From: Spiroplasmataceae bacterium
GTDB lineage: Bacteria > Bacillota_I > Bacilli_A > Mycoplasmatales > JAYUTB01
NCBI GenBank assembly: GCA_043756005.1
Contig: JAYUTB010000001.1
Coordinates: 42,132-106,131, forward strand
DNA: 64,000 bases
Direction: 5' to 3'
Shown: piece after piece, positions 35,307 to 46,789 of the stretch
Numbering within the stretch: position 1 is the first letter of the stretch
Layout: each line of letters starts with the position of its first letter
Program-made: the position numbers and the translations under genes
The notes under the pieces: generated by a model
Told to the model about the DNA's origin: nothing
Database searches by the model: none
What the model saw: only the letters and a program-made list of their open reading frames with translations

Positions 35307-37766
35307 TTAAATATCACATTTTAATTGAGCTTGACATTTGTTACAAGTCAAACATCCTCCAGCATTAATAAGATTGCCTGCTTGACAAATAATACATACA
35401 TCACCAATATTTTGCATTACTGATCCATTTTCTTGCGGCAAGATATGTTGAGATTGATCAAGTAATTCTTCATTATTTAATGATAACACTTGCATATTGC
35501 GTGAACCATCAACAAAAACTGTCCCACCTTTAGCGCCACCATCGTAAAGAGATTGATAAATTTCTTGCACCTGTTCGACAGTATAATTGGCGGGGGCATT
35601 AATTGTTTTTGAAATTGATGAATCAATTCATTTTTGAATTAAACATTGCACATTGACGTGCTCTTGTGGAGTTAAATCCATCGCTGCAACAAAATAATCG
35701 GGCAAGTTATTAATATTATATGCTGGATACATTGCTAAAAATTCTTCAAGAATATGAGCGTTAACTTCGATAAATTTACCTAGTCGTCCCGATCGAAAAT
35801 ATTTAAAAGCAAAATAAGGCTCTAATCCTGTGGACACATTCATTAATGTGCCGGTTGTGCCGGTTGGCGCTACCGTCAATAAATGAGTGTTACGAATTCC
35901 AAATTTTAAAATATCTTGACGAATGTGGTCTGGTAAAGTTTTCATAAATCCAGAATTAATAAATTTTTGTCTAATATTATGTTGATACGCTTGTCCGTTA
36001 TCTTTTCAAAACAAATCAAACGAACCTTTTTGTTTAGCTAATTCAATTGATGTTTGATAAGCAGTAATAGCAATTGTTTTAAAAATTGTATTAATTATTT
36101 CATTACCTGACAATGAACCATAACGATGACCTGATCAGATTAATAAATCGTGTAAACCCATCACTCCTAAACCAATGCGACGTTCTTTTTTTACTTGAAT
36201 TTCATTTTCTTTTAAACAAAACCGTGATAAATCAATCGTATTGTCTAATGCTTGAATTGCAATTTTAACTGTAGTGACCAACTCATCTCATAAAATTGTT
36301 TTAGTTTTTTTATCAACAAACATGGCGAGATTAATTGCGCCTAAATTACAAACCGCATAAGGAGTTAGTGGTTGTTCGCCGCATGGATTAGTTGCCACAA
36401 TTTTTTGATCATAAGCCACGGCATTGGTCATATCGTTGGCGCGATCAATAAAAAATAATCCTGGCTCAGCGGCATAAGTTGCACAATAACAAATTAATTT
36501 TCATAACGCTTTTGCTTTTATTGAATGGTAAATTTTAATGGGTAATGGTCAATGTCTCACATCACCCACGTTACTTCAATGTTCATCATAATATGCTTTT
36601 TCTTTGAGATCATAATTATTTATATCAGGAAAACGAAAAGCTCACATTTCATCTTTGCGAACCGCTTCCATAAAATCATTAGTTAAACAAACTGAAATAT
36701 TAGCACCAGAAAGAAAATCTGGATCAACTACTTCTCATTTTCCGCCTTCACTTAATTCTTTAGTAATGTTTGTTAAATTATGATGATTAGGATTGTGATT
36801 GATTAACAATTGATACATTTCTTTTTGTAAATCAGATAATGGTTTGAATCTTAATTTTTTTCTAATGGCATCTTTAATGATTTGATTTTCGGTTGTTTTC
36901 ATTAATCATTGTAAAAAATAACTATTTTGTACTTTAGCAATGATAAATTCAATCACGTCAGGATGTCAATCGGCCATCATGAGCATTTGAGCACCTCGTC
37001 GTGTACCACCTTGGACAATTAAATTAGTTAATAATGACAAATCGTTTAATCAAGATACGGCACCCGAAGATTTGCCGCCAACTTCTTTAGCAGATGTTCC
37101 TTTAGGCCTTAAAGTAGAACCATTACTACCAACACCGCCCCCACGCGACATAATTTCAGCAACTTTTTTACGATGATCTAAAATACCTTTTCTAGAATCT
37201 TCAAAATAAGGCATTACAAAACAATTAAAATAAGTTACTTCGCTTGTTGATCCAATACCGCATAAAATTCGTCCCGCTGGAACGAATTTTTTTGAAATTA
37301 AATGATTATAAAGTTGGTCTTGATAAACAATGCGATCAATTGATTCATTTTGAGCTAAACCTTTAGCAACTCTTGAACAAATTTGTTCATAAAAAATTTC
37401 AAGTGGTTTTTCAATTTCTCATTTATTTTTAATAACAAGGTTGGTTTTTTTTAATATTAATGGATCTATTTGAGGCACATATTCTGGTTCAATAATTATT
37501 TCAAAACAATTATTTTCTAAACAAGCGCTTACATATCCTAAAGCTTTGGTCGGAAAATTAACATCCTCTTTGATGCAAACAATTACTAAATCATTAACAC
37601 CTAATGATATAAGATGTTTATCTTTCACGGCGTAACGATCTAACATGACCATGCGCGCAATATTTTCAAAAGTTACATTAAAGGTTGGTTCAATGATATT
37701 AATAAACTTAAAATGTTTTTGTATATCATTATTTAATTTTAAAATAGTTGCTTTAGAATAAATTAT
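35307..37766 (-). CDS. nrdJ: Class II (adenosylcobalamin-type) ribonucleotide reductase NrdJ; start codon uncertain
   Basis: Track ORFs 35307, 35628 and 37419 share one frame. The joined protein has NPCGEQPL, TVAPTGTT, SKTINAP, GGAKGGTVFVDGSR and a C-terminal Cys cluster. The conserved N-terminus precedes the first ATG (37652). ATA 37766 or ATT 37763, downstream of a GAGG, is taken as the start. Confidence 0.8.
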
Positions 37767-37802
37767 AAAAAACCTCAGTTGAATTATGTAATTTAATGTT
37801 TT

Positions 37803-38489
37803 TTAAAAAGTTAAAACTTTTTTTTCTATTAAATTACATAATTCCAAAAAATCTTCCGCTTCAGCCACAAATCAAACTTTATCTTGGAGTTTTAATTGAA
37901 AATCTTCTGCAATATGTTTTGTTTTGCCATTATTATTTTTTACAAAAATAATATTGATTTTTTTTAATATCGGAAATAATTCCAAAACATCAGTAAAAGA
38001 TTGTTCGGTAATGTCAACGTTGTTGACAATTGTTGTAAAAACAAAATGTTCATTGTCAATGACTGAATTAATTCGAAAATTTTCGCAACCATACATAACA
38101 CTAAAAGCGGCACGCCGTCCAGTTTCCATATCGGGTTGAAAAATATTAACGACCCCTAATTTTGTTAATAATTCAGCATGTTGTGGATTGATCGCTTTGA
38201 CAAAAATATTTTTGGTTTCAAATTTTAAAAAATTAATCGTCGTTAATATTGATGATTCAATACTATCGCCGATAGCAATTATGACATTTTCAAATTCATT
38301 TAATTCAGCCTCTCGTAGAGCTATTTCGTCGGTAGAATCTAAAATTAAACGCTTTTCGGAAATACTTAATGCATCAATTCGTTTTTCATTTTTATCTACA
38401 ACAACAACTCGTTTATTGTTAATAATTAAAGTCTCAACAACAGACAATCCAAAACTGCCCAAACCTATTATACAAAAGTCATTTAACAT
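37803..38489 (-). CDS. ktrA: K+ uptake regulatory subunit KtrA (TrkA-N/RCK domain)
   Basis: IIGLGSFGLSVVETL Rossmann motif. Track ORF 37872..38489 continues through TGA to TAA at 37805..37803. Confidence 0.8.
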
Positions 38490-38523
38490 ATGGTTAATAT
38501 ATTATATATTTTATTAACAGACA

Positions 38524-38554
38524 TTGAAAAAATTTTAACAAAAAAATATATAAT
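38524..38554 (+). promoter_or_regulatory. Putative sigma-70 type promoter of the purF-purM-thiI-dnaE operon
   Basis: TTGAAA (38524..38529) is followed 17 to 19 nt later by TATATAAT (38547..38554), about 25 nt upstream of the purF ATG. Confidence 0.45.
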
Positions 38555-38578
38555 TATTTTACTGTTAGAAACAAATAT

Positions 38579-39949
38579 ATGAAAGAAAAATGTGGTATTT
38601 TTGGCTGTTTTAACGTACCTAAAGCTTCAAAAGTTTCTTTTTTAGGCATTCATTATCTGCAACATCGTGGTCAAGATGGTGCGGGTATATTTAGTTTTTT
38701 TAAACAAAAATTCTATAAAATGAAATCGGTTGGTTTATTAAATAATGTTTTTGCTGATTGTAATTTTGAAAAAGATTTGCCTGGCAAACAAGCAATTGCG
38801 CACAACCTATATTCAATTTTAAGACAAAAACAATTATGTAATGTGCAACCTTTTTATTTTCAACAAGATGATTTATCTTTTGCACTGGCTCATAATGGCA
38901 ATTTAATTAATGATAAAAAAATCAGAAATGCTTTATTAGCGCAAGGAGTGGTGTTTGAATCAACTAGTGATTCTGAATTATTGGGTCATTTAATTTTAAA
39001 AAATAAACAACGGTTGTTTATTGATAAATTAAAAGAATCATTAAATATTATAAAAGGTGCTTATGCATTTTTAATTTTAACGGCTGATGCACTTTATGCA
39101 ATCCGAGATTCTCATGGAAATAGGCCACTTTCAATCGGAAAATTACATGAAGGTTATGTTGTTTCATCAGAAACATGTAGTTTTTTTCCGATTGAAGCGG
39201 AATTAATAAGAGATGTTAAACCGGGAGAAATTGTTAAAATTTCTAAAAAAGGCATCGAATCATTTCAATTTAAAAACAATGTTTTTGAACATATTGATGC
39301 GATGGAATTTGTATATTTTTCTAGACCGGATAGTGTTATTAACGGCATAAGTGTTCATGATTTTAGAAAAAAAGCGGGAGCATTATTAGCTAAACAAGAA
39401 AAAAATGATAATGGATTTATTGTACCAGCCGATATTGTCATTTCAATTCCTGATTCTTCAACCAGCTTTGGCATTGGTTATGCTAATGAAGCTAAAAAAT
39501 TACATGATGTAGCCATTATTAAACATAAATATTGAGGACGAACTTTCATAGAAGTAACAAGTAAATTACGCGAACAAGGCGTAAGAATGAAATTGTCGAT
39601 TGTTAAATCAATTGTTCAAGATAAACGAGTGATATTAATTGATGATTCAATTGTAAGAGGTAATACTTCAAAATATATTATTAGTTTATTAAAAAAAGCG
39701 GGTGCAAAAGAAATCCATCTTCGGATTGCTTCGCCAATGATTAAATATCCTAGTTTTTATGGCATGTCGATATTAACGTTTGAAGAATTAATCGCTAATC
39801 AATATCCTGATCTTGAAAATCTTCGAAAAATATTGAATTGTGATAGTTTAATGTTTCTTTCTATTGATAATTTTAAAAATTTATTCCCTAACCAACAAGC
39901 CTGTTTTGATATTTTTACAGGTGAATATCCTATCAAACAAGATGAGTAA
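38579..39949 (+). CDS. purF: Amidophosphoribosyltransferase PurF
   Basis: MKEKCGIFG (Ntn Cys after a short propeptide), PRTase loop VILIDDSIVRGNT and C-terminal CFDIFTGEYP. Track ORFs 38579 and 39587 share one frame. Confidence 0.9.
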
Positions 39950-40985
39950 TTTATATAAAGCGGCGGGGGTTGATTTAACAATCAAAAAAAAAGTCATTGG
40001 TCAAATTAAACAACAACTCGGCCAACAAAAAAACGTAATCAGCGATCTGCAAGATTTTGCAGGAATGTTTGATATTTCTGCATTAAAATATAAATCACCT
40101 GTTTTAGTAGCCTCTTGTGATGGTGTTGGCACAAAATTATATCTAACCATTGAACATAATAATTTTGATACAATTGGACAAGATTTAGTAGCAATGTGCG
40201 CTAATGATCTGATTACTTGTGGTGCAATGCCATTATATTTTTTAGATTATATTTCAGTTAACAAGCTAGCGCTGCCGGTTGTTGAAAAAATTATTCACAG
40301 TATATTAAAAGCTTGTCAAGAGATTGATTGTGTTTTATTAGGTGGCGAAACCGCTCAAATGCCTGGTTTATATAAAAATGCAGCTGATTATGATCTAGCT
40401 GGTTTTATCAATGGCATTGTAGAAAAAACCGACATTATTAATGGTGCTAATATTAAAGCTGACCAAATAATTATCGGGATTAGTTCAAGCGGCGTTCATG
40501 CTAATGGATTTAGTTTAATAAGAAAAATATTTTTCGAAGATCATCAATTTGCATTTGATCATCAATTTAATGAATTAGATCAAAATTTAATCACCACCTT
40601 GCTTCAACCAACTTATCTTTACGTATCAGTTGTAAAAGCTTTATTAAAAAAAATTAACATCTTTGGTATGGCGCATATTACTGGGGGTGGATGGTACGAA
40701 AATATGCCACGACTCTTTAACAATCAAACGCATAATTTATGTGCTGAAATTACAATTAATAAATTTCCAATATTACCAATTTTTAAGTTAATCCAAACGT
40801 TAAGTCAACTATCAACGGCAGCAATGTTTGAAGTTTTTAACATGGGGATAGGTTATGTAATTGTGGTTGATGCTGCGCAAGCTTTACAAGCGCAGCAAAT
40901 TATCAATAAATTTTACAAATCATTTATTATTGGCAAAATAATCACGAGCAACGATAACCAAAAAATAAAAATTATTTATGAATAA
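39942..40985 (+). CDS. purM: Phosphoribosylformylglycinamidine cyclo-ligase (AIR synthetase) PurM
   Basis: MSNLYKAAGVDL, CDGVGTKL, GGETAQMPG, SSGVHANGFSLIRK. ATG 39942 overlaps the purF stop (ATGAGTAA). Confidence 0.9.
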   Translation: MSNLYKAAGVDLTIKKKVIGQIKQQLGQQKNVISDLQDFAGMFDISALKYKSPVLVASCDGVGTKLYLTIEHNNFDTIGQDLVAMCANDLITCGAMPLYFLDYISVNKLALPVVEKIIHSILKACQEIDCVLLGGETAQMPGLYKNAADYDLAGFINGIVEKTDIINGANIKADQIIIGISSSGVHANGFSLIRKIFFEDHQFAFDHQFNELDQNLITTLLQPTYLYVSVVKALLKKINIFGMAHITGGGWYENMPRLFNNQTHNLCAEITINKFPILPIFKLIQTLSQLSTAAMFEVFNMGIGYVIVVDAAQALQAQQIINKFYKSFIIGKIITSNDNQKIKIIYE

Positions 40986-42150
40986 TATTATCCTTAGATA
41001 TGGTGAAATATCTTTAAAAGGTAATAATAAAAATTATTTTATTAAAATATTAAAAAACAATGTTACAGAAGCTTTAAAAGATTATGCAGTTGCTGTGGAG
41101 GCGTTTTATGATTATATACAAATTGAGATGGTTGATTCAAACCAATGACCGAATATAAAAGAAGCATTACAGTTAATTTTTGGATTTGTATCTTTTTCGT
41201 TAGCTACCAAAACTAAACAAGATTTAACAAATATTACCCAAGCAGCAATTGATATCATGGCCTTAGCAAATAAATTTGAGACATTTTGTTTAGATATATC
41301 GCGTAGTGATAAAAGTTTTATACATAATTCGTTATATTTAAAACAACATATTGGGACCCATTTATGCCAAACATTTAACAAAAAAGTATTATTAAAAAAC
41401 AGCGACCTCAAAATGATGATTGAAATAAAAAAAGAAGCCGTTTTTTTAAGTTTAGAAAAAATTACGGGGTTAGGAGGATTGCCGGTTGGAAGTTCTGGTC
41501 GGGTGTTATTGCTAATTAGTGGCGGGATTGATTCAGCAGTAAGTAGTTTTTTATTAATGAAAAAGGGATTGATTATTGATTATTTACATTTTGAAACACC
41601 ACCTTATACAACTCCGGAAGCGACGTTAAAAGTTATTGATATAATCAAAACTTTAAATAAATACACTCCTTGACCAAGTAGATTATTTGTTTGTAATTTT
41701 TCACCATTACAAAACGAAATCAATCATATTACTGATTTAAGTTATAAAATAATTATTGCTAAACGTATGTTTTTTAAAATTGCGCAACAAATTTGTCAAA
41801 AATATCAGTTAAAAGTAATTGCCACCGGGGAATCAGTAGGTCAAGTAGCTTCACAAACCATTGAAAGCTTGCAAGTAATCGATCATGCAATTGATAATTT
41901 AATATTAAGACCGTTAATTTGTTTTGATAAACAAGAAATTATTAATTTAGCTAAAAAAATTGATACATACAAAACATCAATCTTACCATTTACTGATTGT
42001 TGCACTTTATTTATTCCACATCGCGTGGTCACTAAACCGAACATTACTAAAGTAATTGATTTAGAATCAAATATTATGAGTGAAGCGTTAATTGAATTAT
42101 CTTTACAAAAAACATATTTAACTATGTCAAGCATTGCAAAGGATACCTAA
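40978..42150 (+). CDS. thiI: tRNA 4-thiouridine synthase / sulfur carrier ThiI
   Basis: MNNIILRYGEISLKGNNK (THUMP N-terminus) and PP-loop LISGGIDSAV. ATG 40978 overlaps the purM stop (ATGAATAA). Track ORFs 41257 and 41767 are in frame. Confidence 0.85.
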
Positions 42151-42153
42151 CAG

Positions 42154-45129
42154 ATGTTTTTAATTAATTTAAATGTCACTTCACCATATAAAAATGCATC
42201 AATCATTGATATTAAGTCTTATATTAAATGAGCGGCAACTCATCAAATCACGAGTTTAACTTGAGTAAACCACCACACAATGTATGGAGTAATAACATTT
42301 ATCAAAGAATGTTCTAAATTAAAAATAAATCCAATGATTGGTATGCAAATTGCTGGTAAATGTCTAACCAGCAAAACGCCAATCATATTAACCGTTTATA
42401 TTGACAGTATTGACGGTTACTATAATTTAGTTAAATTAACAAACTATTTAATAGATCATGATTTTCATATTGAAACCAATCACACATTATTAAAAGATAT
42501 GACAATTATTGTCCATGCTGGTGAAGCTGATCAATGACCAACAATATTAAAATGTTATACAACATTAAACAATACTAATCAAACTTATTTAGGTGCTTGA
42601 CCAACGCAACAGCACCAATTTTTACAATGAATTGCTCAAGATCATCCTTTATTAAAAAATAAAGTTGTACCTTTTCATAAAGTTACTTATTTAGAAAATA
42701 CCGATCTTAAAACTTATCAAGCTTGGTTAATAATGAATAAACTTAAAGATAGTGACTATTATCATTATCTTACTCAAGAAGAATTAATCAATCATTATGA
42801 TGAACAACTAATTATAAATCTTAATAAAATGAGTAGTGAATTTCGAGTTTGAAATTTCTGAACACAAATTAGTAATCAAAATTTACAAGATTTATGACAA
42901 AACGAAACCATTTCATTAAAAGAAACATGTGAGCAAGCATTAAATAAATTATTAACTTTACAACCAACATTAGATAATAAGACATATGTCACTAGATTAG
43001 CTGAAGAAATAAACATCATTACGCAACTCAATTACGAATATTATTTTTTAATTGTGGCTGATTATATTAATTATGCAAAAACACAGCAGATGCTTGTTGG
43101 TCCGGGAAGAGGTAGCGTTGTTGGAAGTTTAACCGCTTATTTATTAAACATTACCAGTGTTGATCCGATTAAATTTGGCTTAATGTTTGAACGTTTTTTA
43201 AACATTCATCGGACTAACTTGCCCGACATTGATATTGATATTCAAGATGATCGACGTCATGAACTAATTAATTATATTAATAATAAATATGGTGAAAGTA
43301 TTATGTATCACATCGGAACTTATCAGCACCATAGCTGAAAAACTTTATTAATGTTTATTGAAATTTATTATGATTTAAATCATAAAGCGATTGATAAAAT
43401 TACGAGTCAAATTAAAATGTTTGAAAAGTTTGATAGTATCAAACTTAAAATTCATCAACAAATGGGGTGATGATTTGATAAATACCCACAATGATGATCT
43501 TTATTTAATAAAATTAATGCCTTACCTAAACAAGCTTCTGTCCACCCTTCAGGGATTATTTTTACCAATCAACCACTACCATTACATTTGGTAAATGATA
43601 AAAAAATCACTCAATACACCATGGATCAAATTGAGTCTTTAAAAATTTTTAAATTTGATATTTTAAGCCTACGCACATTAACAATTATTCAACATATCGT
43701 TACTTTAGTTGAACAAAACCATCTTATAAAAATTGACCTGAACAATTTAAACTGAAACGACAGCAAGGTTTTTAAAATTTTTAATGATTGCGATATTTTA
43801 GGAATTTTTCAACTTGAATCATCAATTTTTATTTTAAAACAAATAAAAATTGATGATTTTTATGATTTAGTAGCGATTTTATCTTTATTACGACCCGGCA
43901 CAAAAGAACATGTCAAACAATTTATTAATGCTAAAAATTTTCCAAATCAAATCAATTATTTTCATGATGATTTAGCAAGTATTTTAAAAGAAACAGTCGG
44001 AGTGGTTTTATACCAAGAACAAGTGATGAAAATCATGCAAGTGATGGCTGCTTTTACTTTAACCGAAGCTGATCTTTTACGTCAAGCAATTAGTAAAAAA
44101 TATGCAAGTTTATCAAAAACATTAGAAGAAAAATTTTTCCGAAGAAGTTTAGAAAAATACCCAGAAGGTTTAGTTATTAAAATTTGAAAATTAATTGTTA
44201 ATTTTATGAAATTTGGTTTTAATAAAAGTCATGCAGTAGCTTACACAATGATTAGTTATCAAATGGCTTTTTTAAAAAGCTATTACTATCAAGAATTTAT
44301 GATTGTGATGTTAAATGAATCGCATCAGCAAATTAATAAAATTATTAAAATGATTGAACATGATAAAAAATTAACGATTAAAAAACCATCCATTAACGAT
44401 TCAACATTACATTTTATAACCAAAAACGATGAAATAATCATGCCTTTTACATTCATTAAAAATATAAATCATGATTTGATCAATTTTATTTTAGCACAAC
44501 GCCAATTAAATGGCGTTTTTGAATCATTGGAACATTTTTTAAGATTGATGCAACAAAGTTGTCTTGATAAATATCAATTAAAAAAATTAATTGCCGCGGG
44601 TTGTTTTGATGAATGACATGACCGAACAACCATGCTAATGAATACTGATAAAATTTGATTGTTTTTTCAACAAAGTTTAAGTGGTTACTGAGGTGATCGA
44701 TTAAGCCTTTGAACTCATGAACCAAATCTTTTATTAATGAGTCATGAAGAACGTGATGTGTTAGGTTTTAATTTATTACATCATCCAACATTAGCGTTTA
44801 AAAATGTGATTAATGCTCGTTTTCCAAATAAACCACCGACAGCAATGATAAATGTTAATGACGCTCCAAATGGTTTAGTTTATATATTATGTGTAGTCAA
44901 ATCAATTAAGCTTTTTAATCAGAACCGCCTTGAAATTGAAATTGAAGATTATTCTTACCAAAGAAAAATTATTGTAACACAAAGTCAAGCAATAGAACGA
45001 TTACAAGCAACATCAATCATTTATGTTACTTTTTTAAAAAATAATCAATCAATGAATTGACAATATTTTGACATTTTAAAGACCGATCGTCATTTAGAAA
45101 ATATAAACAAAAAAGTTTATAATTATTAA
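42154..45129 (+). CDS. dnaE: DNA polymerase III alpha subunit DnaE
   Basis: Track ORFs 42280, 43054, 44002, 44206 and 44737 all share the frame of ATG 42154. I re-read 43336..43620 and that frame is open (…ASVHPSGIIF…FDILSLRTLT…). It ends at TAA 45127..45129. Confidence 0.9.
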
Positions 45130-45134
45130 AATAT

Positions 45135-46550
45135 ATGGATATTTCATACATTAACTCCAAAATATTGCTTTTTTTTAAAAATATATATATATTTTTAAAA
45201 AAATCAATTCCGGCGCGGTTTATAATAATTTATTTTATATTATGACTGGTAGGGTGTTTGATAATTTCGCTACCATGATGTTGAAACGATAATCGTCCAA
45301 ACAGTTTTATTGATTCATTATTTTTAGCAGGAAGCGCTTTTTCAACTACTGGATTAACTATTAGCCCAACAATTGAAATGACTAGTTTTGGTCATGCAAT
45401 GTTATTTATCATGATTTTAATCGGCGGATTAGGTGTATCGACTTTAAAAGTTATGTTGTGAGTGCCATTTAGAAATTTATCAGCCGTTAAAAGAATTGAA
45501 ATTAAAGATGAAACAAATTTAATTAGCAAAAATTGGAAAAAAATAATTTTATGTGGTTTTTTAACAATGCTTTTTCTATATGTATTTGGATGAATTATTT
45601 TAACGCTACATTTGATTTATAGTCAAAAATTAGAAATTAAATCGAGTGTTTGATATGGCATATTTCATTCCGTATCAGCTACTGCTAATGCCGGCTTTAA
45701 TATTATGCCCAACAACGATTTACATCATTTCAGAGAATACTGAATTCAATGATTATTAATTTTTCAAATTGTTATCGGTGGTTTAGGTTTTCCAATCATA
45801 TATGAATTTTATGAATATATTGTTTGACGAATTAAAAAACAAAAAAATATAATTTTACAAAAACATTTTAAATTTACAATTTATTTTAAAATTGCAATTA
45901 TTGCAACGATGGCGTTATCAATCTTAAGTATTTTTGTAATTTTTTTAATTGAATTTTATCATCAAATAACTCCTTCGAAAGAATTATCTAATAGAATTAT
46001 GGACATAATATTTCATATTTTTTCTTCTCGTGCGGCAGGTTTTAGCTTCATAGATCTTAATAATGAATTGTCACACGCATCTCAAACAATCATTATTGTT
46101 CTAATGTGAATCGGAACATTACCATATTCTCAATGTGGGGGTATAAAAGTTACAACATTAATTATTTGTTTTATTGGGTTATGACATGTTTTAAAAAATA
46201 ACAATCAATATCATTTTTTAAAACGAACTATATCGTTAAATAATATTTTATGTTCATTTTTAATTATTTTCGGTTCATTAATAATGATTTTGTTATTTGT
46301 TATAATTATTCAAGTGCAACAGGCTACCTTAAGCTTAAAAGAAATTTTATTCGAAACTACTAGCGCCTTTGGAACTGCTGGGTTATCGATTATTAAAGAT
46401 AAAAGTGTATTGAATTGAGTATCAAAATTGATATTAATATTGACAATGTTTGTTGGTCAAATTAATGTTATTACTTTATTTACGTTATTTAAAAAAACAA
46501 CGTCAATGAAAAGAATAGAATATCCAAAAGAAAATATTACGCTTTTTTAA
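45135..46550 (+). CDS. ktrB: K+ transporter membrane subunit (KtrB/TrkH family)
   Basis: The frame was read from ATG 45135 through track ORF 45909..46109 to TAA 46548..46550. Four pore-loop glycine motifs are present: STTGLT, ANAGFN, RAAGFS, GTAGLS. Confidence 0.85.
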
Positions 46551-46594
46551 TTTTTTTAATAATTTTATAATATAATAAAAAATATAATTTATAA

Positions 46595-46670
46595 GCCTTG
46601 TTAGCTCAGTTGATAGAGCATCTGACTGTTAATCAGGGGGTCGTAGGTTTAATCCCTACACAAGGCGCCA
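46595..46670 (+). tRNA. tRNA-Asn (anticodon GTT)
   Basis: GCCTTGTTAGCTCAGTTGATAGAGCATCTGACTGTTAATCAGGGGGTCGTAGGTTTAATCCCTACACAAGGCGCCA. The acceptor stem GCCTTGT/ACAAGGC pairs correctly and CCA is encoded. Confidence 0.92.
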
Positions 46671-46682
46671 TTTTATATATAT

Positions 46683-46768
46683 GCAGGTATGGCGAAACTT
46701 GGTAGACGCGCTAGACTTAGGATCTAGTGTCTTCGGACGTATGGGTTCAACTCCCTTTACCTGTACCA
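46683..46768 (+). tRNA. tRNA-Leu (anticodon TAG)
   Basis: Anticodon arm CTAGA-CTTAGGA-TCTAG, a long variable arm, T arm ATGGG-TTCAACT-CCCTT, and encoded CCA. Confidence 0.9.
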
Positions 46769-46789
46769 AAAAAGAAAGAAAGAAAATTT

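Noticed and set aside
38490-38578. Purine riboswitch or T-box leader upstream of purF.
   Set aside because: The whole intergenic region is 89 nt, and only about 25 nt separate the likely -10 from the ATG. That is too short, and it lacks the conserved riboswitch core sequences.
43391-43594. Track ORF in a different frame in the middle of dnaE, which could suggest a frameshift or pseudogene.
   Set aside because: I re-read the dnaE frame (that of ATG 42154) from 43321 to 43620. It is open with only TGA codons and encodes conserved DnaE sequence (…ASVHPSGIIF…MDQIESLKIFKFDILSLRTLT). The off-frame ORF is a chance product of AT-rich DNA.
46727-46789. Upstream extension of the thioredoxin ORF.
   Set aside because: It overlaps tRNA-Leu(TAG). 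The ATG at 46790, preceded by a purine-rich stretch, gives a normal-length thioredoxin.
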